Virus record (IMG/VR): IMGVR_UViG_3300042520_001767
Location: 1 to 64,000 of that record
Direction: 5' to 3' (one strand)
Source of the DNA: a virus
DNA: 64,000 nucleotides
Part shown: piece after piece, positions 46,313 to 53,637 of the stretch
How the letters are laid out: each line of letters opens with the position of its first letter
Numbering within the stretch: position 1 is the stretch's first letter
Made by a program: the position numbers and the translations under genes
The notes under the pieces: generated by a model
The model's database searches: none
Seen by the model: only the letters and a program-made list of their open reading frames with translations
What the model was told of the DNA's origin: nothing

Positions 46313-47860
46313 ATGGAAATGGAAAATAATTTAAAATATAAAGATTTTTTTTTAAATAATAATAAATCTGGTTGGAAAACGTCTGAAAATAAATTAATAA
46401 AAAATGAAATTGATTTATATAATAAAATAATTATTCATTGTGAAAAAAATAATTTAACTGATATCACATTCAAAGAAAAAATTTGGTTTTTCATTAATTC
46501 AGTAAACACTAAACCAAAATGTTTAGAGTGTGAAAAGTTGTTAAAATTTGGTAAGTCTTTAAATATTGGTTATGGTAAATATTGTTCTTTAACTTGTACT
46601 AATAAAAATTCAGAACATAAAGAAAAAATAAAAATAACTAATAACATTGTATATGGTGGTAACACACCATTTTCGTCTAAAGATGTTATTTCTAAAACAA
46701 AAAAAACAAATATTGAAAGATATGGTGTTGATAATGTGATGAAGTTAGATAGGGTTAAAGAAATTTTTAAACAAGGTTCTTTAAATAAATACGGAACTGA
46801 ATTTCCAGCACAATCTAAAAATACTAAAATTAGAATTGAAAATAAATTAAAGTATGAAAAAATAGAAATAATTAATAGTTGCAATGGTTTATATTCTATT
46901 AAATGTCAAAAATGTAATGAAATTACTATATTTAATAATAATGAAATAAATTATAGATTTAGAATAGATATACCTATTTGTAAAAATTGTTTTAATTTAA
47001 AAAATAACATTAGTTATCCAGAAACTGAAATTTCAGATTATATTAAATCATTTAATATTAATGTAATCGAAAACGATAGAAAAAAATTAAATGGATTAGA
47101 ACTTGATTTGTTAATACCAGAATATAATCTTGCTATTGAATTTAATGGGTTATATTGGCATTCTGAAATATATAAAGATAAAAATTATCATTTAAATAAA
47201 ACACAACAATGCGAAGCAAAAAAAATTAAACTAATCCATATATTTGAAGATGAGTGGTTATTTAAAAAAGATATAGTAAAATCTAGATTAATTAATATAC
47301 TTGGTTTAACCCCAAATAAAATATATGCTAGAAAAACTATAATTAAAGAAATTTCACCTAAAGAATCTAAAGAATTTCTTGATTTTAATCATATACAAGG
47401 TAATGTTAATGCTAAAATAAAATTAGGGTTATATTATGATAATGAGTTGGTTAGTATAATGACTTTCGGTAAAGGTAGAATTATAATGGGTGGTAATTCA
47501 AACCAATATGAACTTCTTAGATTTTGTAATAAATTAAATACAACAGTTATTGGTGGAGCTGATAAATTACTTAAATATTTTATCAAAACATATCAACCAA
47601 AAGAAATAATAAGTTATGCTGATAGAAGGTGGTCACAAGGTGATTTATATGAAAAGTTAGGTTTTAATTTTATTCATAATTCAAAACCTAACTATTTTTA
47701 TATTAATCAGAATATTAGAGAATATAGATTTAAATATAGAAAAAATATTTTAGTTAAAGAAGGGTATGATATAAATAAAACTGAAAGAGACATTATGTTA
47801 GAAAGAAAAATATATAGAATTTATGATTGTGGTGCTAAATTATATAAATTAAATTTATAA
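46313..47860 (+). CDS. Free-standing homing-endonuclease-like protein copy 2, 515 aa from ATG 46313
   Basis: Same architecture as copy 1 (FFLNNNKSGWKT, CLEC...YCSLTC, ELDLLI...AIEFNGLYWH...FEDEW, YELLRF...SYADRRW...YDCG). The track start at 46238 is a GTG in AT-rich leader sequence. Confidence 0.75.
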   Translation: MEMENNLKYKDFFLNNNKSGWKTSENKLIKNEIDLYNKIIIHCEKNNLTDITFKEKIWFFINSVNTKPKCLECEKLLKFGKSLNIGYGKYCSLTCTNKNSEHKEKIKITNNIVYGGNTPFSSKDVISKTKKTNIERYGVDNVMKLDRVKEIFKQGSLNKYGTEFPAQSKNTKIRIENKLKYEKIEIINSCNGLYSIKCQKCNEITIFNNNEINYRFRIDIPICKNCFNLKNNISYPETEISDYIKSFNINVIENDRKKLNGLELDLLIPEYNLAIEFNGLYWHSEIYKDKNYHLNKTQQCEAKKIKLIHIFEDEWLFKKDIVKSRLINILGLTPNKIYARKTIIKEISPKESKEFLDFNHIQGNVNAKIKLGLYYDNELVSIMTFGKGRIIMGGNSNQYELLRFCNKLNTTVIGGADKLLKYFIKTYQPKEIISYADRRWSQGDLYEKLGFNFIHNSKPNYFYINQNIREYRFKYRKNILVKEGYDINKTERDIMLERKIYRIYDCGAKLYKLNL

Positions 47861-47881
47861 AATAAATTAATAAAAAAAAAT

Positions 47882-48172
47882 ATGAAAATTACTGAACAAC
47901 AATTATTATCGCAATACAAACTAACAATAGATAAAATTCTAGATGAATGTGAATGGAAAACACATTTCATAAGTCAAGAAATCTGTAGTATTGTTTGTAA
48001 TATCTTAACCAATAACGGGGAAACATTATTAATAACTCCACAATTACTTCATATAATTTACGATAAAAAAGTTAAAGAATTAAATGTAAGTGATGAGATA
48101 TGGCGTAATAATTACGGTGTTCCAGAAATTATTGGAATAATTTATTCTATTTTAGAAAATATTCCTGAATAA
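47882..48172 (+). CDS. Hypothetical protein, 96 aa
   Basis: ATG with an A-rich leader directly after endonuclease copy 2. Confidence 0.55.
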   Translation: MKITEQQLLSQYKLTIDKILDECEWKTHFISQEICSIVCNILTNNGETLLITPQLLHIIYDKKVKELNVSDEIWRNNYGVPEIIGIIYSILENIPE

Positions 48173-48173
48173 A

Positions 48174-48581
48174 TTAATTATCTTTTAAAATATTATTCAT
48201 TAAACTAAAATTATCCATAGTATAACTTAAATTATTTTCTTTTGAATATTTATTGAAGTTACTTGCAATAGAATCAGCTTTATATAACATATCAGGTTTA
48301 ACTAATCCTTTAGCGACTAAATCATCAATTAATTCTTGTCTTTTATTTGTATCTTCTAATGAATTTTTTATTAATTTCATTATATCATCTTTTTTAACAG
48401 CAGCGTCAGCAATAGTTGAATTAAATCCTTTTACATTTAAACCCATTAATTTAGCAACACCTAACAACACCTCGTTAGAATAATTTAAACTTTTTTCTTT
48501 AGATTCCGTTAATATTCTAGATTTTTGCTCATGCAAAATAATTCTATTATATTGTTCGTTTGTTATTTTTAATCGTTTCAT
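48174..48581 (-). CDS. Hypothetical protein, 135 aa from ATG 48581, with a K-I-T-N-E-Q-Y...ILTES N-terminal motif
   Basis: Start moved from the track TTG at 48605 to the ATG at 48581, because the ATATTTAT motif lies at 48586-48593. Confidence 0.6.
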   Translation of the reverse strand: MKRLKITNEQYNRIILHEQKSRILTESKEKSLNYSNEVLLGVAKLMGLNVKGFNSTIADAAVKKDDIMKLIKNSLEDTNKRQELIDDLVAKGLVKPDMLYKADSIASNFNKYSKENNLSYTMDNFSLMNNILKDN

Positions 48582-48608
48582 ATCTATAAATATATACAAA
48601 AACAAAAA

Positions 48609-48881
48609 AAACCAAAAGAGATAATAAGTTATGCTGATAGAAGATGGTCACAAGGTAATTTATATGAAAAATTAAATTTTATAAATACACATAATTCACA
48701 ACCAAATTATCATTATATTATAAATAATAAAAGAAAATATAGATTTGGTTTTAGAAAAAATATATTAATTAAACAAGGTTATAACTCAGATAAAACAGAA
48801 CATCAAATAATGTTAGATAGAAAAATATACAGGATATATGATTGTGGGACTATGGTATATAAAAAAACCCTAAACTATTAA
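48609..48881 (+). pseudogene. 3'-terminal remnant of a third endonuclease/GNAT-like copy
   Basis: Start-less frame KPKEIISYADRRWSQGNLYEKL...RKIYRIYDCGTMVYKKTLNY*, closely matching the last ~90 aa of copy 2. Confidence 0.85.
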
Positions 48882-48894
48882 TTTAGGGTTTTTT
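48862..48894. terminator. Bidirectional terminator downstream of the sheath gene and of the remnant
   Basis: AAAAAACCCTAAA-CTATTAA-TTTAGGGTTTTTT. Confidence 0.75.
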
Positions 48895-48913
48895 ATTTAT
48901 TTAAAATTAGATT

Positions 48914-51754
48914 TTAAATGTTATCAAATGAAGCACCAGTGTTCATTATCACAAATTCCAGTTGAATAAACTCTAAAGCTCGTGTTGGTTTCAAGAAAAT
49001 TTGTCCAGTCAATTGATTTTTATCTATATCTTCTGGGTCATTCGAAAGAACAACACGGAAATCTGTCAAACCTCTCTGAGCTCTAATATTATCTAAGATT
49101 GGGTTAACCAGTGCTAAGAATTGATTTCTAACCACGTTATCATTTTGTTCAAATAACAATCTGATAGAAACAGCAGAAATAAGTTTTCTAGCTTGAATTA
49201 ACAATCTTCTAACATTTATTCTATTAAGAGCTGATTCTTTAACTTGAAGAGTTTTATTACCCCAAATTTTTATACCATCAGTTGTAAATGAAGCAATTGG
49301 GTTAATTCTGTTTTCATATAAAACATCTCTTTCAGAAAGAGTAAGTTTTTTACGAGCCTGTATCGCATCAATATCACCTCTTTGAATACCAGCAACTGCA
49401 AACCAAGGGAAAGCAATATTATCTGTCAATGCTATATTTCTTACAACATCACGAGTAGGTGGTATGTAAATATAAACATTATTTTCAGTATCATTTATTT
49501 GAACCCATGGCCAATATGTACAAGAATAATTACTATCATACATTCCATCTAAACGGTCAACAACATCCTCAGCAGTTAAAGGCGCACCTGATAAATCAGT
49601 ATCTGGTGTTGTCATAATATATAACGAATCAGCTCTATCTTGCTCAACCATATCGATTGTGGCTTCAATTAAGTTTGTGTTATTTTCATTATCAATTCCA
49701 GGAGTTGCGAACACATTAACATTAACTGCTTCTGGGTTTTTAAACGTCCAAATAGCCTCTAAATAAGCGTAATAATCAGAATTTATACCTCTATCTCCGT
49801 TAGAAAGAGTTCTGTCAGTAAAAGCCCCACTAGTTAAACCTTTAGAACCTAAATTCCCATTTATTAAATAGTTATCTAAATTACTTCTTCTAGTTCTATA
49901 AATATCCCACCCATCAAAACCACCATAAGGTGCAAATGTAAATTTACGAGAATATACTTTTTCGTAATCAGTATTCATAACACCATTTTCAGTTCTAAAT
50001 TCAGCATTACCAGTATTAAATAAATATACTGGAGAATAAGTACCACCACTAACATTTGTAGGTACCGTAGCGTTATCAATAGTAGCACCAGTAGCGTCAA
50101 TATCCATATGGAAACCTTCAGTTAATCCAGTCCACATATTTGGTGTTGTTGTTTGTGGCACACCTTTATAATCGAAAAAGTCAGAATCAATACCCATAGT
50201 CTCAGATAAACCTAAATAGAATTTACGTTTATTTTCAAATGCGTTATAATCTGTTTTAAATGTTAATTTAGGTGTTTTAACACTACTATTACCACTACCT
50301 TTTTGATAATCTCTAACAGGGAAACCAATAAACCCAGCTGGGAATGCTTCAGAAGTATCAGAAGTATCATCCATCTCAATCAAAACATATTTAGATTTAG
50401 AAGGATAAACACCATCTAGCGTACCAATTCTTCTAGCTATATAATTATTAGAATTTGGGTCCATAGAACATCTAGAATATGATTCTAAAACATTTGGTTG
50501 AGCATCAGTATCGTAATAAGACCTGATTACCACATCAAATTCTTTAGTATCTAATTTAATATTTCTAATAGACATTTTAAATTGCTCATTAGCAGCATTA
50601 CCATCTGAAATAGTCCAGAATCTAAATAATCTTAATACTTTAGTACCACGTAATTCTGATACAACATAAGGTGTAACAGCTGGTTGGTATTCATTAAGAT
50701 AATCAGAAAATTCATTTGCATAATTAACAACTGTCTGTTTTATACCTCTAACTTTACCAGTAGAAATAAAATCTTCAAACATGTTATTAAAAAATTCTTC
50801 AGCGAATAATACTGTATTACCATCAGCAACTGTTCTACCTAAAACTCTTGGTAAATAATTTTTCTTAGTTTTATCTAAAGACATTTGATAATTAAAATTA
50901 CCTTGTGTTGCAGACGCACCTGTTAACCCGAAAACACCTAATGCATCTACTTCAGAACCTATAAGACTTGAATCAAAACCAACACCATTAGTACTAGAAA
51001 CTTCAAAAGCTGGAAATTGTGTCTCTAAGTCAATACCACCTCTAGAACGTAACAAAGCAACAAGTGTATTCTCAACATCAGAGAAACCATTACCTGAATA
51101 ATTTGTAGTTACACCGCTAGTTGTACCAGTAATATAAGCACCGCTAGTACCTTTTGAGGTAACATATAATGTAGTAGATACACCATTAAATACTGTACCA
51201 TTTTTAACATATGTAACAGGTATTTCTACAGTTCCACTCACAGCAATATTTGAAATTGTTGATAAATTACCATCTAACGAACCATTATCAATAAGTTCTT
51301 GAATAAGTGGGTCAGCACTTACTAATGTAACAACAGTGTTTGCTGATGTAGCTGTATAACTAACCAAAACTGGATAACTAGTTCCAGATGTAGTTACAAC
51401 TGTTGTTTCATCTAAAGCCGAATCTAAAGTTATACCCCATGCTTTACCAGCATCATAACCAGATAAACCTAAAACTCTTGTAACGAATAATTGATTAGAT
51501 TGTGATAAATATGATTTTGCGATATAAGGTAGTTCATATTTTGGTGCTCCAGTGTCTTTAATTTTAGTAGCATTTTGACCACCAAAAAAAGATTGGAATT
51601 CTCCATAGTTACTAACAAATATAGGTTGAAATGCTGGACCAATTGTTGTTTCCCCAACTAAACCTAATGTTGTCACACCTACTTGACGAGTTATAAATGA
51701 TAAGTCTTTTTCGGATGTATACACACCAGGACTTACGAATACTTTTGTTGCCAT
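48914..51754 (-). CDS. Tail sheath protein (T4 gp18-like), 946 aa
   Basis: N-terminal FVSPGVYTSEKDLS...GLVGETTIGPAF and C-terminal PWFAVAGIQRG...LYENRINPI...WGNKTLQ...RINVRRL...IFLKPTRALEFI. Confidence 0.95.
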   Translation of the reverse strand: MATKVFVSPGVYTSEKDLSFITRQVGVTTLGLVGETTIGPAFQPIFVSNYGEFQSFFGGQNATKIKDTGAPKYELPYIAKSYLSQSNQLFVTRVLGLSGYDAGKAWGITLDSALDETTVVTTSGTSYPVLVSYTATSANTVVTLVSADPLIQELIDNGSLDGNLSTISNIAVSGTVEIPVTYVKNGTVFNGVSTTLYVTSKGTSGAYITGTTSGVTTNYSGNGFSDVENTLVALLRSRGGIDLETQFPAFEVSSTNGVGFDSSLIGSEVDALGVFGLTGASATQGNFNYQMSLDKTKKNYLPRVLGRTVADGNTVLFAEEFFNNMFEDFISTGKVRGIKQTVVNYANEFSDYLNEYQPAVTPYVVSELRGTKVLRLFRFWTISDGNAANEQFKMSIRNIKLDTKEFDVVIRSYYDTDAQPNVLESYSRCSMDPNSNNYIARRIGTLDGVYPSKSKYVLIEMDDTSDTSEAFPAGFIGFPVRDYQKGSGNSSVKTPKLTFKTDYNAFENKRKFYLGLSETMGIDSDFFDYKGVPQTTTPNMWTGLTEGFHMDIDATGATIDNATVPTNVSGGTYSPVYLFNTGNAEFRTENGVMNTDYEKVYSRKFTFAPYGGFDGWDIYRTRRSNLDNYLINGNLGSKGLTSGAFTDRTLSNGDRGINSDYYAYLEAIWTFKNPEAVNVNVFATPGIDNENNTNLIEATIDMVEQDRADSLYIMTTPDTDLSGAPLTAEDVVDRLDGMYDSNYSCTYWPWVQINDTENNVYIYIPPTRDVVRNIALTDNIAFPWFAVAGIQRGDIDAIQARKKLTLSERDVLYENRINPIASFTTDGIKIWGNKTLQVKESALNRINVRRLLIQARKLISAVSIRLLFEQNDNVVRNQFLALVNPILDNIRAQRGLTDFRVVLSNDPEDIDKNQLTGQIFLKPTRALEFIQLEFVIMNTGASFDNI

Positions 51755-51803
51755 GTTTTGTTTGTTTTTTATTTTTGTTATTTACTTTATAGTTTTCTTT
51801 ATT

Positions 51804-51811
51804 ATAAATAT
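51804..51811 (-). promoter_or_regulatory. Putative late-promoter motif ATATTTAT upstream of sheath
   Basis: Recurrent motif 49 nt upstream of the sheath ATG. Confidence 0.45.
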
Positions 51812-51858
51812 TAAGTTTTTCTCAAAAGTAATGGTAAAAAAAAAGTTAAATTTCTTTT

Positions 51859-51889
51859 AGTATGAATTTTATCATACTTTTTTCATACT
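51859..51889. promoter_or_regulatory. Candidate operator: AGTATGA-N6-TCATACT inverted repeat plus a third TCATACT direct repeat
   Basis: Heptamers at 51859-65 (inverted), 51872-78 and 51883-89, between the divergent sheath and RHH genes. Confidence 0.55.
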
Positions 51890-51918
51890 TATTAACTATT
51901 TATTAAAATAAGTACGAA

Positions 51919-52080
51919 ATGACTATGGTAAAAAGGGATAAAAATTTAAAGATTACATCAACAACACATGAAATGTTGAAAAAATATTGTGAGGATAATG
52001 GTTTGAAAATGTTTCAATACGTTGAGAAGTTAATAAAAGAAAAATGCACACCTAAGAAAGATTTGTACGGTGATGAATAA
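51919..52080 (+). CDS. Ribbon-helix-helix (Arc/CopG-like) DNA-binding protein, 53 aa
   Basis: Below the track size cut-off. MTMVKRDKNLKITSTTHEMLKKYCEDNGLKMFQYVEKLIKEKCTPKKDLYGDE shows an alternating beta strand (KNLKIT), helix A, a G turn and helix B. Confidence 0.7.
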   Translation: MTMVKRDKNLKITSTTHEMLKKYCEDNGLKMFQYVEKLIKEKCTPKKDLYGDE

Positions 52081-52086
52081 TAAAGA

Positions 52087-52578
52087 TTAAAATTTAATTT
52101 GTACTATAATCTGACCACTATATCTCCATTTTGGTTCACCTCCCCAATATTTAAAATCCGTTCTTCGGTCTAGATTACTTCTAAAACCTATCGCAACATT
52201 ATTAAATTGTTTAACAGTTTCAATTTCAAAACCATAATAAGGATATAAATATTTACTTCTTTTAATATAACCTAAATTTAAACCACCAGAAAAAGTTGTA
52301 GTCGTAAATATATTATCAGGTTCAATTATAAAAGCAAAAGTACCGTTTAAACGAGTCCAACCACCATTTAGAACTGGAAAGTTATGTAAACCAGCTTTAA
52401 TTAATTTTCCATAACTAACTAGACCTATTTCAAAACCGCTATATAACCCTTTTTCTTTATAAGATGAATACGGGTCATTAACAATGTTTATAATAAAATA
52501 TTCTTCATCAACCAAATGTATTTGACCAATGATATTATTTGAAAATAAAAAGATTAATATTAGTATTAACTTTTTCAT
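52087..52578 (-). CDS. Secreted protein, possible outer-membrane beta-barrel, 163 aa
   Basis: Signal peptide MKKLILILIFLFSNNIIGQ, alternating amphipathic strands and a terminal aromatic residue (QIIVQIKF). Confidence 0.5.
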   Translation of the reverse strand: MKKLILILIFLFSNNIIGQIHLVDEEYFIINIVNDPYSSYKEKGLYSGFEIGLVSYGKLIKAGLHNFPVLNGGWTRLNGTFAFIIEPDNIFTTTTFSGGLNLGYIKRSKYLYPYYGFEIETVKQFNNVAIGFRSNLDRRTDFKYWGGEPKWRYSGQIIVQIKF

Positions 52579-52880
52579 TTATCATTAGAACTATTTTTAC
52601 CAATATAATATCCAAGTAAAATACTAAAAACAAAACATATTAAACTAACTAAACGGCTCATTATCGCATTATCAACATTGCTATCGTTAAATATTAATAA
52701 ATTACATACAACCCCAGAAATTATTAATATAAAACATAAAGATAGTAATTTACCTAAAAGTTCATTTTCGGTATTATTTTTTCTCAAAACATAACTATCC
52801 AAAAAGTAAAGTACCGAAGTTATGAATGAAAAACCAACTATTAACTCAATTATTTTTTCCATATTTACTAAATTTTCCAT
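52575..52880 (-). CDS. Three-TM membrane protein, holin-like, ~95-101 aa
   Basis: Three hydrophobic segments with short loops. Overlaps both neighbours. Confidence 0.45.
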   Translation of the reverse strand: MENLVNMEKIIELIVGFSFITSVLYFLDSYVLRKNNTENELLGKLLSLCFILIISGVVCNLLIFNDSNVDNAIMSRLVSLICFVFSILLGYYIGKNSSNDK

Positions 52881-53511
52881 TTATTAAGTCAAACGCATTC
52901 TTAGCGTCTTTAGGTATTAAATATAATGAAATAGCCACAACTTCAAGTATACTACTCATTTTATCGTAATTTGTATTATAATCATCATTAGTACTAATAC
53001 TCTCTAATCTTTCAAGAAAAGCATCTACAATATCTTTTCTGAAATCTTCATAAGCGTCAATAGCAAATTTTGCATCAGATTCACTTATACCCCATGATAC
53101 AAAATCTTTAAAAGCTTGGTCGTTATATTCTTTTACTATGTTAGTCAAACAAGTAATAACCTTAAATTTAAGACTTTGACCACTACAACTATCAATATTT
53201 GAATCATTTAATAATTCATTAAATTTTTTATTAACAGTGTCTATTTTTAAATCAATTAAATGATGTAACACTTTTGTTTTCATTACATCAGGTTTACCTT
53301 TTGTTGTGAATTCAATCCTCTTAATAATAGTTCTTACATTTTCAGTTGTAAGAAATACATCGTGAGAGGTTAAATCAATTATTTTTTTAACTCGTCTCCA
53401 ATCTTTAATTTTATCATTTATTGTGTCTTTAAATATATACAATATTATCACAGCAAATGTTAAAAAAGGTGTTAATTTTTGTGTTAATGTTGTTATATCT
53501 ATTACTTCCAT
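52846..53511 (-). CDS. Single-TM-anchored protein (holin/antiholin-like or unknown), 221 aa
   Basis: N-terminal TM PFLTFAVIILYIF followed by a helical soluble domain. Upstream ATATTTAT at 53546-53553. Confidence 0.45.
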   Translation of the reverse strand: MEVIDITTLTQKLTPFLTFAVIILYIFKDTINDKIKDWRRVKKIIDLTSHDVFLTTENVRTIIKRIEFTTKGKPDVMKTKVLHHLIDLKIDTVNKKFNELLNDSNIDSCSGQSLKFKVITCLTNIVKEYNDQAFKDFVSWGISESDAKFAIDAYEDFRKDIVDAFLERLESISTNDDYNTNYDKMSSILEVVAISLYLIPKDAKNAFDLINGKFSKYGKNN

Positions 53512-53584
53512 TTATATTAAATTATTTCTTTTATTATTTACTTATATAAATATCTTATTATATTAATAAGTTATATAAAAAAAC

Positions 53585-53621
53585 AAAAAAAAAACCATAA
53601 TAAGTTATTATGGTTTTTTTT
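53585..53621 (-). terminator. Rho-independent terminator
   Basis: A-tract/CCATAATAA-G-TTATTATGG/T-tract. Confidence 0.7.
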
Positions 53622-53637
53622 CTTGTTAATATTTAAT

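Noticed and set aside
47882-48172. MKITEQQ start of the 96-aa ORF as another member of the capsid-targeting leader family
   Set aside because: The match is only 5 residues, lacks the downstream L/I-x-E site, and the gene has no upstream late motif on its strand.
45749-51754. Interpretation as a bacterial contractile injection system, tailocin or T6SS locus
   Set aside because: Neck and head-closure genes, a tape measure protein, and a phage-type replication block (gp32-like SSB, UvsX, RNase H-like exonuclease, helicase, RNR) are interleaved with the tail genes, and there are no bacterial flanking genes.
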